A stretch of 30,714 nt of DNA from Verrucomicrobiota bacterium. Its GTDB lineage: Bacteria; Verrucomicrobiota; Verrucomicrobiia; Opitutales; Seribacteraceae. Below are positions 11,496 through 22,800 of this stretch, one piece after another. The first letter of the stretch is position 1; each line of letters begins with the position of its first letter. The notes under the pieces were generated by a model. The model ran no database searches and was not told the DNA's origin. It was given only the letters and a program-made list of their open reading frames with translations. Made by a program: the position numbers and the translations under genes. The DNA lies in NCBI GenBank assembly GCA_027622665.1, contig JAQBYT010000046.1, positions 1 through 30,714 on the forward strand, in the 5' to 3' direction.

Positions 11496-13904
11496 ATGAA
11501 GCTTTGCCTGTTTTTATTCCCTTCTCTGCTTTTCCACGCGGTAATTGTCGCGAAGCCTGTGGCGTCTTTTGAAAAAGGTCTTCAGCCGTTTCTTGAGAGC
11601 TATTGTATCCGTTGCCATGGGGAAAAGAAACAGAAGGGGGATTTCCGGATCGATGATTTATCTCATGAAATTGGAACCAAGGACACGTTACTTTGGGCGG
11701 AAGTGATGGAGCGGATCAGCTCGGGTGAAATGCCGCCGGAGAAGGAAAAGAAGCGTCCCACAGCCGAGCAAGGGGCGGTGATGGTGGAGTGGCTGGCTGC
11801 GCGAATCAAGGAAGGGGAGGCAGCTCGTATGGCCAAGCGGGACCGTGTCTCCTACAATCGCCTGACCAGGGAGGAATACGTCAACACCACATACGACCTA
11901 ATTGGCGTACAATACGACGCCTCGGATCCGGGCGGATTACTGGAAGACCCTGAGTGGAATGGCTTTGAGCGCCTTGGCTCCATCCTGACGTTGTCCCCCA
12001 CGCATGTGGAAAAATATATTACTGCTGCGGAGATCGTGCTGAGTGAGGCGTATCCCGAGAAGCCGATTGCGTATATCGAGGGTAGCAGGCGGATGGAGCA
12101 CATCGCTCCCAACCATTCACACTATGAGCGTCTGTCCAAAGCGGGCCAGATCGACAAGGTGCGAAAACTGTTATGGGCGAGCGACCTGCACCATGGAGGG
12201 GCTCCCTGGTCCGGGGAGACCCCGTACCAGGGTCCCGGTATCTACGAAATCAGTTACACGATGAGTGGACTCAAGGCGGCAGGTCAGGCTGCTCCCCGGT
12301 TTCAGGCATATTCTCCGGACCTCGACCGTGTATTGTTCGAGCAAGACGTCATCGCTCCGGAAGACAAACCGGTCACAGTCAGTTTTCGGGCTCACTTTCC
12401 ATCGAGCAGAGGGAATGGCATTCATTTGCTGAACAATGCCAATTCTCTCAATAAAAGTCACCGCTCGGCGCGCCATGGGCGCAAACCGTTTGTCAGCTTT
12501 GCGGAAGAGCGTATGCCGTGGCAGATGAAGATCATTAGTGATGATGGCGAACCGCTGCACTCAGTACTGATTATGGATTCCATGTCGGTGCGCGGCCCGA
12601 TTATATCGGAGCAGGTGAAACATTTCCGTGAGACATATATGGCCAGTGAGGAGGGAAGCATGGCACAAGCCCGCGCCGGGCTCGGGGCCATGGCCAAGCG
12701 CGCCTTCCGTCGTCCGCTCTACAAGGTTGAGCTGGATGGGTTCGTCCGCATCGTCGAGGTCGAAATCGCAGCGGGAGAAAAGTTTAAGGATGCGGTGAAA
12801 ACGGCGATGACTGCAGTTTTGTCTTCAAAGAGCTTTCTTTTTATTGCCGAAGGCGATGAACATGCTGAGCGGCACACACTCAACGATTGGGAAATTGCCT
12901 CGCGCCTATCTTATCTTCTTTGGAGCACGATGCCGGACGAGAAATTGTTCGCTCTCGCTGAAAAGGGTAAGCTTCGCGATCGGGCTGAGTTGAAACGCCA
13001 GGTGGTTCGTTTGCTGGCGGATTCCAGGTCCGTGCGGTTCACGAAATCATTTACCAAGCAGTGGTTGCATTTGCGCAAGGTCGGGATGTTTGCTCCTGAT
13101 AAGAAGATTTACCCGAACTACGATCAACATTTGGAAGATAGCATGATCGGCGAGTCGCAGGCTTACTTCAAGGAGGTCTTGGATAACGGTCTGACGTTGC
13201 GTGAATTCATTGATTCGGACTGGACGATGATGAACCCGCGCCTGGCCAAGTTTTATGGAGTGCCTGATATCACCAAGGATCAGTTTCAACGGGTCTCGCT
13301 CAAGCCGGAACAGCATCGAGGAGGGTTGTTGACCCACGCTTCGGTTCTTTCCCTAACGTCCGACGGCACTCGACATCGTCCCGTTCATCGGGGTGCCTGG
13401 CTATCGGAAGCAATTCTGGGTAAAACGCCGCCCCCGCCTCCGGCAAACGTGGAACCTATCGAGCCGACTCCGGTGGATTCACCGAAAGCGACTTTGCGAA
13501 TGAAGTTGGATGCCCACAAACGCAATCCTAGTTGCGCATCCTGCCATCGCAAGATCGATCCTTTGGGCTTGGCTTTTGACAACTACAACGCGATTGGCGA
13601 ATGGCGTACGCATGAGCAAGTGTCCGGTATGGGCGATGATCCCTTGGTCGATGCCAGTGGTGAACTGCCCGATGGCCGAAAATTTAATAACGCCAAGGAA
13701 TTCAAGCAATTGTTAATGGACGACCTGGATGCGTTCAATGAGGCGTTTACCGAGAAACTCGCGATCTATGGATTGCGCCGAACGGTGACTTTTGAGGATC
13801 GCGACGAACTGGAGGCAATCACGAAGATCGGCCGCGAAAAAGATTATCGCGTCAAAGACATTGTGGAAGCCTTCGTGCTTTCGGAACTTTTCCAGAAAAG
13901 ATAG
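11496..13904 (+). CDS. DUF1592-family (DUF1587/1595/1592/1588/1585) planctomycete-type cytochrome c protein
   Basis: [62 protein letters not shown] and [12 protein letters not shown]. Confidence 0.93.
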   Translation: MKLCLFLFPSLLFHAVIVAKPVASFEKGLQPFLESYCIRCHGEKKQKGDFRIDDLSHEIGTKDTLLWAEVMERISSGEMPPEKEKKRPTAEQGAVMVEWLAARIKEGEAARMAKRDRVSYNRLTREEYVNTTYDLIGVQYDASDPGGLLEDPEWNGFERLGSILTLSPTHVEKYITAAEIVLSEAYPEKPIAYIEGSRRMEHIAPNHSHYERLSKAGQIDKVRKLLWASDLHHGGAPWSGETPYQGPGIYEISYTMSGLKAAGQAAPRFQAYSPDLDRVLFEQDVIAPEDKPVTVSFRAHFPSSRGNGIHLLNNANSLNKSHRSARHGRKPFVSFAEERMPWQMKIISDDGEPLHSVLIMDSMSVRGPIISEQVKHFRETYMASEEGSMAQARAGLGAMAKRAFRRPLYKVELDGFVRIVEVEIAAGEKFKDAVKTAMTAVLSSKSFLFIAEGDEHAERHTLNDWEIASRLSYLLWSTMPDEKLFALAEKGKLRDRAELKRQVVRLLADSRSVRFTKSFTKQWLHLRKVGMFAPDKKIYPNYDQHLEDSMIGESQAYFKEVLDNGLTLREFIDSDWTMMNPRLAKFYGVPDITKDQFQRVSLKPEQHRGGLLTHASVLSLTSDGTRHRPVHRGAWLSEAILGKTPPPPPANVEPIEPTPVDSPKATLRMKLDAHKRNPSCASCHRKIDPLGLAFDNYNAIGEWRTHEQVSGMGDDPLVDASGELPDGRKFNNAKEFKQLLMDDLDAFNEAFTEKLAIYGLRRTVTFEDRDELEAITKIGREKDYRVKDIVEAFVLSELFQKR

Positions 13905-13920
13905 CAAAAGGAACTTACTC

Positions 13921-15282
13921 ATGAATATTCAAACTAATAAATGGCATCTCAGTCGCCGCCACATGTTGCGTGGGATTGGAGCAAGTATCGCGTTACCTGT
14001 CTTGAATTGCATGGGCGCACCAGGTCTCCCGAAACCGACTTCACCGAAACGCAGTGTGTTTCTTTATATTCCCAATGGCGTCAACACCCTGACCTGGCAG
14101 ATCGAAAAGGCGGGAGCAGATTACGAATTCACCTCACCAATGAAGTCATTGGAGGTGCATCGGGCCGAAGTCTCGCCGATTAGTGGACTCCACCATCCAA
14201 AGTCACAGGCTCATCACAATTGCGAAAAGATCTGGCTCACAGGCGAAAAAGTCCCGGCCAACGGTGGCGCCTTTCGCAACACCGTTTCGGCTGATCAGGT
14301 CATGGTTGAAGCGCAGGGCAAGTTCACCCGCTTCCCATCCATGGAGATGGCAGTCGAAGGCAGTTCCTTGGCATGGTCTCGCGATGGGATTCAGTTGCCG
14401 GCTGAAAGTAGTGTGAAATCTATCTTCAATCGGATGTTTGGAGAGGAACGCGGAGGCAAAGAAGCGGTTCGTCGCCGTCTGGCTCGTCGCGGTAGCATTC
14501 TTGACGCGGTGTTGAGTGACGCCAAACGGGTCAATCAACAGTTCGGTTCCGAAGATCGCACCAAGCTCGACGAATACCTCACTGCCGTTCGTCAGGTCGA
14601 AGTGCGCACCGAACGAGCGGATGCTTGGCTCGACGTGCCGAAACCGGAGATCAAGAAATCGGAGTCGGATCGCTTTACTCGGCAACTGAACAAAAGCCAG
14701 GTGCAGATGTATCACCGCCTATTTTACGATCTTATGGTGTTGGCCCTACGTACCGACATGACTCGGGTCATTACTTGCATGATTTGCAGCGAGTCCAATG
14801 GCGGAGCAATTCCTGACATCGGTATTTCACAGGGTCGTCATCAGCTTTCCCATCACAACGGAGATCCGGAGCAACTTCGCCGCCTCACCCAGACCGATAC
14901 CTTTCTTGTCGAGCAACTGAGTTATTTCCTTACCCAACTTAAGGAACATAGCGATGAAGAAGGGAGCCTCTTGGATACGACTCAAGTGCTCTGGGGCAGT
15001 GGCATGTCCTATGGTCACAGTCACGGTTTGGCGAATCTTCCCACAATTTACGCGGGGGGAAAGAAAATAGGTGTCAAGCATGGCCAACACATCGATTACA
15101 ACCTTCCTGTAATCGGTAAATACAACGTCGCCAATGCTAATGAGCATTATAAAATTCATGGAGGACCGGTCGATAGCGATGCGAGATTGAGCAACTTGCT
15201 GTTAACCATGATTCAACGCATGGACGTCGAAACCGACCAGTTTCAGGATAGCCTGGGAACGATTGCCCGAATTACGGCGTAA
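13921..15282 (+). CDS. DUF1552 (HXXSHH) domain protein with Tat-like leader
   Basis: [46 protein letters not shown] and LSNLLLTM. Start at the ATG at 13921. Confidence 0.93.
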   Translation: MNIQTNKWHLSRRHMLRGIGASIALPVLNCMGAPGLPKPTSPKRSVFLYIPNGVNTLTWQIEKAGADYEFTSPMKSLEVHRAEVSPISGLHHPKSQAHHNCEKIWLTGEKVPANGGAFRNTVSADQVMVEAQGKFTRFPSMEMAVEGSSLAWSRDGIQLPAESSVKSIFNRMFGEERGGKEAVRRRLARRGSILDAVLSDAKRVNQQFGSEDRTKLDEYLTAVRQVEVRTERADAWLDVPKPEIKKSESDRFTRQLNKSQVQMYHRLFYDLMVLALRTDMTRVITCMICSESNGGAIPDIGISQGRHQLSHHNGDPEQLRRLTQTDTFLVEQLSYFLTQLKEHSDEEGSLLDTTQVLWGSGMSYGHSHGLANLPTIYAGGKKIGVKHGQHIDYNLPVIGKYNVANANEHYKIHGGPVDSDARLSNLLLTMIQRMDVETDQFQDSLGTIARITA

Positions 15283-15396
15283 CAAAAAACTTTAGGCAAG
15301 AAGTGTAAACGAAATGATGAAATTACGAGGATGCAGTTTCGCTTTGTGGAGAGAGCTGGTCATTAGACGGTGAAATTAAATAAATACAGAGCACCC

Positions 15397-16656
15397 ATGA
15401 AAATATGCATCCTGATCTTTATCCTGCTTCCCGTGGCAGGTGTTGTCGCAGACGATACGCCCGTGTTCCGTACGGATGGCAACCCGAATAACAGTCTCCC
15501 TTGGTTCGAGCCACTGGATGGCGAATTCCCTCCGGAAGAGTATGCCCACTATGTTGCTGGTGAACTCATCGGTTTCGATCATATCGAACGCACGGTGAAA
15601 CTACGGGTCGATCGTCAGGACGGACGAGCTGGGAAGGATGAGGCGCTTGAAGCGACAATGTTGCCTTACGGTAGCATCCATTATCGCAACGCCCCTGCTG
15701 CGCTGCGTGACTTGCCAATCGGTACGCATCTTCATGGCTGGTTTTATATTCGGCCTGAAGAAGATCGATTTTTTGAAATGCGAAACGGTAAGCTTCAGCG
15801 GAAGAGCGGGAAGCAGGGGAACGCTTCGGCTGAAGTCGATTTCACTCGATGCTTCCGATTGGAAGATGACTTCAGCTTCTATGCCCGAAAGAATCAAATC
15901 TGGAAAGTCGAACGCATCGAGCCTCCCGTAGCGGTGACGGAGGGGAACTTTACAGACCTTTCGCACAGGATCATCAAAAAGAAACTAACCGTCACAATTC
16001 AAGGAAAGGACGGTAAACCGTACGGCGAATCGAAGGTGTTTGATTTGATGGACAGCACAACGGTTTTCAAGGGAAATGGCTTCGGGGCGCTTGCAGACAT
16101 TGAGCCGGGCCAGCTGTTGCAGATGAACGTCACCTGGGCGACCCTGTTCGGTCCGGGGCGAGTCACCGACGTCTGGCTCGACGAACAGAGCCGCTCACTC
16201 GCCACTGATCGGCAACTCAAGCGCCATCATCGGCACATTCGCGAGCGCGGACTGCCCGGCTTCGTCACTGCGGTAGAAGATAGGAAGCGTGTTGTCACGA
16301 TTACGTTTTTCGACTCGATAGATCCGGTTCTTTTCAAGGAACTGCCCAATCCTAACCCCAAAGCGCTTGGTTGGCCCACCAAGGAATACAATTGGGGTAA
16401 CGTTGCGTCGAAGGGGAATATCATCGCCGTCAGGGAATGTCTAATGTGTTACAATCAGGTGAATGATCGCAAGGGCGGTAACATTCTGAAGATTGGAAAA
16501 GTACCGGTTATCCCCGGATGTAGTGGTGTTCAGATTCAGGTGCAGTGCGGCATTCTTCTGGAAGGTTTCAGACCCGGGAAAATCGTGCGCTTCTTCCCCG
16601 CAACCTGGGCCGTGGCGCCGCTTCCTAAAGAGGAGGAATTCCATGGACGCGAGTAG
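15397..16656 (+). CDS. Exported hypothetical protein, paralog of 10453..11430
   Basis: Signal peptide MKICILIFILLPVAGVVA; motifs GELIGFDHIERT and MLPYGSIHY. Confidence 0.82.
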   Translation: MKICILIFILLPVAGVVADDTPVFRTDGNPNNSLPWFEPLDGEFPPEEYAHYVAGELIGFDHIERTVKLRVDRQDGRAGKDEALEATMLPYGSIHYRNAPAALRDLPIGTHLHGWFYIRPEEDRFFEMRNGKLQRKSGKQGNASAEVDFTRCFRLEDDFSFYARKNQIWKVERIEPPVAVTEGNFTDLSHRIIKKKLTVTIQGKDGKPYGESKVFDLMDSTTVFKGNGFGALADIEPGQLLQMNVTWATLFGPGRVTDVWLDEQSRSLATDRQLKRHHRHIRERGLPGFVTAVEDRKRVVTITFFDSIDPVLFKELPNPNPKALGWPTKEYNWGNVASKGNIIAVRECLMCYNQVNDRKGGNILKIGKVPVIPGCSGVQIQVQCGILLEGFRPGKIVRFFPATWAVAPLPKEEEFHGRE

Positions 16657-16706
16657 GATTATCAATCCGAATGCTGTGCCGAGATCCACTAACCGTAAGG
16701 CTTTAT

Positions 16707-17795
16707 ATGAAAAACCCCCCATCCATAATATTACTCGGCTTTGTGGCGCTTATCACGAACGGCAACCTTGCGGCGCAAGTCGCGGATTTGCCTCGGAGCA
16801 CTCCCGAAGCTCAAGGAGTTTTTTCAGCAAAGATTCGCGCGTTTATAGAAACCGCTGATCAAAAAGTGAATTCCATGCACAGCTTCATGCTGGTGCGTCA
16901 CGGACACGTTGTTGTCGAAGCATGGTGGCGACCTGAGTCAGCCAAAAAACAGCACATATTGTGGTCACTTAGCAAGAGCTTCACCTCGACGGCGGTAGGG
17001 CTGGCAGTGGCAGATGGGAAGCTGAGTGTCGACGACCCCGTTTTGCAGTTCTTTCCCGATGATGCTCCTTCCGAACCTTCCGCCAATCTAAAGAAGATGC
17101 GGGTTCGTGATTTACTGACCATGACGAGTGGACATCAGGATGAGGTCAAGCTGGACGCTAAGACTCCCTGGGTGAAGGCGTTCCTCGCTCATCCCGTTCC
17201 GCACAAACCGGGAACCCATTTCCGCTACAATACGCCCGGAACCTATATGCTATCGGCGATTGTTCAAAAGGTGACGGGGAAAACGGTTTTAGCCTACTTG
17301 AAGCCCTCCTTGTTTGACCCTCTCGGCATTCGTAGCCCTAAATGGGACGCGAGTCCGGAGGGGATTTCCATTGGAGGTTATGGATTATTTGTTCGCACTG
17401 AGGATATTGCAAAGTTCGGTCAGCTCTATCTACAGGGAGGCAAGTGGCAGGGGAAGGAATTGATTCCATCGTCATGGGTTAAGCAAGCTACTTCGAAGCA
17501 AGTCTCTAATGGGAGCGATCCCAGTCGGGATTGGGATCAGGGCTACGGTTTTCAATTCTGGCGCTGCCGTCACGGGGCTTTTCGCGGCGACGGGAAAGAC
17601 GGTCAGTTTTGCATTGTGCTTCCGGACCAGGATGCAGTGATTGCGATTACCGCGAACACCCGGGATATGCAGGGTGAACTGAATATTGTTTGGGACAAGT
17701 TGCTTCCTGCGTTCGCCGACAAGCCAATCAAAGAAAATCCTTCCGCTCAAGCCAAACTCAAAGCAACCATCACTCAACTCAAAGCCTCCAGATGA
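16707..17795 (+). CDS. Serine hydrolase, beta-lactamase class C / 6-aminohexanoate-dimer hydrolase family
   Basis: SxxK motif (SLSK), LLTMTSG, PGTHFRYNT, EDIAKFGQLYL and GYGFQFW; signal peptide. Confidence 0.92.
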   Translation: MKNPPSIILLGFVALITNGNLAAQVADLPRSTPEAQGVFSAKIRAFIETADQKVNSMHSFMLVRHGHVVVEAWWRPESAKKQHILWSLSKSFTSTAVGLAVADGKLSVDDPVLQFFPDDAPSEPSANLKKMRVRDLLTMTSGHQDEVKLDAKTPWVKAFLAHPVPHKPGTHFRYNTPGTYMLSAIVQKVTGKTVLAYLKPSLFDPLGIRSPKWDASPEGISIGGYGLFVRTEDIAKFGQLYLQGGKWQGKELIPSSWVKQATSKQVSNGSDPSRDWDQGYGFQFWRCRHGAFRGDGKDGQFCIVLPDQDAVIAITANTRDMQGELNIVWDKLLPAFADKPIKENPSAQAKLKATITQLKASR

Positions 17796-19714
17796 TGAAA
17801 ACTATCTCGTTCCTTATCGCGACCCTAAGTCTTGTTTCGCCCGTTGCGGCAGACCAGTTCCTCTTCCTGGCTGCGGCAAAGGATTCTGATCTGGTCTCCT
17901 ATCGCATCGATCCTCAATCGGGTGCCTTGAGCGAACACATGCGCCTGCAACTTCCTGGTGTTGGCGGACCCATGAGCCTCTCGGCCGATGGCGAGATGCT
18001 GTACGTGGAGTCTCACCTCAAGGCCGAGGGGGGAGAGCAGGCCAAACCGCACATCATCAGCCTGAGGATCAAGCGCGGAAAGTTCGAGCAAATCCACATC
18101 GCACCGGTCAGCATGCGCTCTCCGTCGATTCACCTCGATGCCAGTGGCAAGAATCTGCTTGGAGCTCATTACGGCGAGGGCAAGGTGAGCGTCTGGAAAA
18201 TCGATGCCCAGCGTCGTTGCACCGGCGAACAGTCCGACGAACATACCACCTCAACGCATGCACACTTTGTTATTACCGATCCAAGCAATCGCTTTGCCTA
18301 TGTGCCGCACACCAAAGCGAATGCGGTGTTCCAGTTTGCTCTTGATTCCGAGAAGGGAAAACTCACTCCGCTCGATCCGCCATTCGCCCCCGGACCGGAC
18401 GTGGACCACGAATACCATGGCCCGCGCCACTATGCCCACCATCCCATTCTCCATATGGGTTTTACCGCGAATGAACGAGGAGGCGGCATCAGTTCGTGGA
18501 ACTTTGATGATAAAAACGGCCGACTTTCTTTGTTGCAAACGCTCTCAAGCCTGCCCGCGGACTGGGAGGGGAAAAGTTTTGCCGCGGACATTCATATCAC
18601 GCCCAATGGCCGTTTCGCTTACGTATCGAATCGGGATGGGCGAAAGATGGAAAAGGGAGAGCCTCATGGCGACACCTTAGCCGGTTTTGAGATCGATCTG
18701 AAAACAGGAGGAATGAAGTCGGTGGGCCATTTCCCAACGGGGCGTTTCCCGAGATCGTTCTGCATCGATGCAACGGGAAATTTCATCTTCGTTGCATGTG
18801 AATTGGATCACAAGTTAGAGGTTTGTCGCGTTAATCAGGAAACGGGGGCGCTGAAACGGATAGGGAGCTATGAAACGGGTAAAACTCCCATTTGGGTGAC
18901 TTGTAGCGGTCTAAAGCTTCCGCTTGGAGATGACGGTCCGGGGATTTCGAGGATCATACCAGTTGAAGCAACTCAACAGCTCAAGGCGATTCGTGACGAG
19001 ATCGGGGTAATTAAAAATCTCGATACCCTGTACGAAGATCGTACACACAAAAACGGACTACCTTATCATGTCTATGTCCCTAAACACCTTAAGGCTGGGG
19101 TGAAATATCCGATGGTGACGTTTCTTCACGGATATACGGATCTGACGATTGATACGCACAAAGGTTTTCCTAAAGGAGTGTGGTCACTGCCGAAGATTCA
19201 GAAAGCCCATCCGCACATTCTTTTCATCCCCCGGAACAGGAACAATCAAGACCGCTGGACGAGTGACGAATATCGAGGCATGACCATCAAGGCCCTTGAT
19301 GACTTGATTGCTGAACTGAACGACAATCCGAAGACGCCCGACATCAATGTGAATCAACTCTACCTGACGGGTTTTTCGCGCGGAGGGCAGGGCACTTGGA
19401 ATTTCATCCGCACCTTCCCTAACAAGTTTGCGGCCGCTGCACCGTTGTCAGGATTTTTTCATGGCCCACAGAACGCCGGAGAAGCAAAATCGATCAAACA
19501 CCTTCCCATTTGGATCTTCAATGGTGACGGTGACAAAGGAGTTGAAGGTTCACGCGTAAGTTTCAAAGCTTTGACCGAGGCAGGTGCCGTAGACGTAAGG
19601 TATCATGAATACAAGGCCCAAGGTCATGTCATTGACGACTTTGCCTACTTCACCAAGGGTTTCATGGATTGGTTGTTTACCCAAAAGCAAAAAACAGCTT
19701 CAGCGGGGCTGTAG
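17792..19714 (+). CDS. Fusion of a 6-phosphogluconolactonase-family beta-propeller and an alpha/beta-hydrolase (esterase-like)
   Basis: HAHFV, GPRHYAHHP, AADIHITPNGRFAYVSNR and FPRSF, then YPMVTFLHG, LYLTGFSRGGQG, PIWIFNGDGD and GH. ATGA overlap with the upstream stop codon. Confidence 0.9.
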   Translation: MMKTISFLIATLSLVSPVAADQFLFLAAAKDSDLVSYRIDPQSGALSEHMRLQLPGVGGPMSLSADGEMLYVESHLKAEGGEQAKPHIISLRIKRGKFEQIHIAPVSMRSPSIHLDASGKNLLGAHYGEGKVSVWKIDAQRRCTGEQSDEHTTSTHAHFVITDPSNRFAYVPHTKANAVFQFALDSEKGKLTPLDPPFAPGPDVDHEYHGPRHYAHHPILHMGFTANERGGGISSWNFDDKNGRLSLLQTLSSLPADWEGKSFAADIHITPNGRFAYVSNRDGRKMEKGEPHGDTLAGFEIDLKTGGMKSVGHFPTGRFPRSFCIDATGNFIFVACELDHKLEVCRVNQETGALKRIGSYETGKTPIWVTCSGLKLPLGDDGPGISRIIPVEATQQLKAIRDEIGVIKNLDTLYEDRTHKNGLPYHVYVPKHLKAGVKYPMVTFLHGYTDLTIDTHKGFPKGVWSLPKIQKAHPHILFIPRNRNNQDRWTSDEYRGMTIKALDDLIAELNDNPKTPDINVNQLYLTGFSRGGQGTWNFIRTFPNKFAAAAPLSGFFHGPQNAGEAKSIKHLPIWIFNGDGDKGVEGSRVSFKALTEAGAVDVRYHEYKAQGHVIDDFAYFTKGFMDWLFTQKQKTASAGL

Positions 19715-19824
19715 ACTTCACAACAGGCGCATTCACCTTTGATTGGAATATTTGTCCAAGATTTCCTGTTTCCGACCTTTCTCTTCATGAATGTATCGGC
19801 CAACGAATTATGCAGTTCGAATCC

Positions 19825-22800
19825 ATGAAACTCTCTCGTCTTATCCTCGCCCACCTTCTCGTTTCAGTCTCAGGATTTGCCGAAGTTCAACCAAGCGCCA
19901 TCGATGTCGATAGCTCCGCCGCGTTTCGCGAGACCAGATCGGAGCCCGCAACTGCTGAAACGCTCAAAGGTCTTATCGCTCCCGCAGCTAGCGAAATCGA
20001 GCGCGCAAGCTGGACGATCGAAGCGTCCGAATCGGAACGACGCAGCCGAGGCACGTATCACTTTCGAATCGCGTTCAAGGAGTCCCAGTCGCTCGGCGGC
20101 CTGACGGCGGTTTTACAGAATCCGGGTACGGTCACGATCCGCGCCCTGAAGCCCAATGCTCCGTTTCCGGGCGACCCTGCAGCAGATCACTGGATCACGT
20201 TGCCGGCTTGGAATGCATCGGAAACGATCGATTGCGTGCTGTCGCCCGGCTTCAAAACACGGTCGATTCTGATTACGGATTCGCGCCCGAGCGGGCAGAG
20301 CAACCTCCGTGGCCTTACGTTTCGCTTAGAGCGAAGATACGTCGTTACGGGCTCCGCGATCGCACAGGGCGAGCAGACGAAACATGGCCAGGATCCAGCT
20401 AATTTGATCGCTGGGGATTTGTGGCGGAGCGCGGGGACGGAGCCGAATTCGGACAAGGTGAATCGGTCCCCTGTCACAACGGTGGCCCCTTCGTGGGCCA
20501 GTCTCGTCTGGGACGAACCTCAATCCGTTTCGAGCATCCGGATCCGTTCGAACGCGAAGAAATTCGAGCTACGTGAGTTCATTGGTGAACCCGACGTAAA
20601 CCCTGCGCTGGCACCAGCTGCTGCTTGGCGCGTTGTTGACGTTGAACCTGTGATTCGACCGATCTGGCGAAGCCGCCACCTGCTCGAGCAAGTCTACACT
20701 TTCGACACACCTAAGCCGATCAGCGCGTTGCAATTTCACGTGACCAAGGTTACCTCCGCGAGCCGCTACAATTCGATTCTCGAAATCCACGACTTCACGG
20801 TCTTTCGGAATCTCGCTGCGAACGAGCCGGTGCCGGTGCCGGTGAGGCGCACCGAGCCTCCGCCCCCTCTCCAATTTACTTGGAAAACTGAAGTCGATTC
20901 AGAGCCTGCCATGGTTATAAACACTCCCGAAGGTCGCCGGGTTCGCAATCTCTTCGCTCAGGTGCCCCAGAAAGCAGGCGATCACCTTGCCGCTTGGGAT
21001 CTGAAGGACGACAAGGGTTTGCCCGTTGCTCCGGGCACCTATCATTGGGAAGCGGTTTATGGACCGGAACCTCGCCTGATTTATCAGATGACGCCTTATC
21101 CGAACAGCTACGCGCATTCTCCGCATAGTTCGCCGTGGCAGGGCGAATCAGACGATGGATGGATGTCGAATCACGGTCAACTTACTGCCGTTTGCGCTTT
21201 AGGAGACCACGTCTTTATGGGCCAGAACGGTTCCGAAGGCGGACACGCTCTTATTGAAGTGACGAATTCAGGTAGCAAATTGTGGGGTACGCATGAGACA
21301 ACGGATACACTTTTTACCGACGGAAATACATTGTTTAGTCACAATATATGGCAAGGGAACATTAGCCGTCTGAATCACGAAACAAAGAAGCAGGAATTGA
21401 TGTTTTCGCTCGCCCAGGACCCTGCTCGACAAGGCAACATTGTTGGTCTGGCGGCAAAAGACGATAGAATTTACATCGCGTATCACGCTCCTGTTCCTTT
21501 TCTTGAGGATGCGACTGGTGAGACAAAAATTTCGATCGGGGATTGTTTGCCAAAGTTGCGCAGCGAAATCACGGGGAGTTCGAACTATGGGATCTCGGGT
21601 CGACCGCAGTGGGATTTCATGAGCCTTTTCCGGCTTACGGAATTCGTTAACGGCTCTGATTCAAACGGTGGCTTGTTGCGCATTCCTAGCACGAAAGGAA
21701 TCGGTCGGGAGCAACATATTCTTTTGGCGTTCAAAGAGCCGACGCCTCTTGGCAGCCTTATCTTTCCAGGCTTTAGCGCACCTAAAGGAGTCAAGATGCT
21801 CGCTTATGTCCTTAAACCAAAAGGATCATTTCCCCCGAAGGTGGACAAGCTAGGTGATTGGACGCCGGTTCCCTTGGGAGTGGTCGGGGACTGGAATTGC
21901 GTGGCACTTCCCAAGCAAACGCTAACTCGAGCATTGCGTATTACCTTCAGCCAACCGGGGGGGGAGTTGGATTTGGTTTTGGATGGAGATACGCTGGGCG
22001 AGCCGAGCTTGAATATCGATTTGCCCTTGGGGGGCGCTAAGAAAAAAGGGGCCGGTGGTCTGATCGCGAGCAAAAACGAGTGGCGAGCGGAGCTCGACGG
22101 CATGCGAATTCTCCGGCGGCGTTTTGAGAAAGTCAGCCAAAAGGCAAGGATTCAAGTTAACTCGGGCACCTACGATGAGAAGGCAGGGGAGTGGGATGCG
22201 CTGCGGGATGAAATCCTCAGCGAAAGCAATCCTGCGATCTTTATGATGGAGTGGGACGAACTACAAAGTATTCGCGGGCTTTCGCTTAAGGAGTTGGACG
22301 GCGAGGAAGCGAGAATCGATGTTTTTACAGGTCCCGTCGGCGCTGAAATTGATTTATCTTCTTCTCGAAACTGGGAAGAAGTCGCCGTTTACAACCAGAA
22401 ACTTCGTTATCTCTATGCTCCGGATCGTCGCAACAACTCTCGAGCGATCTACCTCGATGGGGTCGTCGATTTCGGTCGTTCCTATGAAACGCGAGCGGTG
22501 CGGTTGCGGATCGTATCGCAGTGGAAGGAACAGGATGGGCGACAGTGGGGCATCCGTCTGGATCGCGGCGGAAGCGAAATCGATTGGAAGCGTTGCAGGC
22601 TCTACGGAATTGCCCCTCTACGCTATCTCGGCGGAGAGCCCGAGAAAAGCGCGATGGGGGTACGCCGCATCGAAGTGCGAGATGGTGCAACGGGTCAGTT
22701 GATCGAAGAAAAGCCTTCACGTGTATCAGGTGAGCTTTGTTTTGACCCCCATGGCCAACTGCACGGCATCGTCGGCAAGTCTGTCGTGCGGATTGAGGAC

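Noticed and set aside
16707..17795. True beta-lactam resistance gene
   Set aside because: The motifs (YNT rather than YxN, no KTG) fit the broad esterase/amidase branch of the family.
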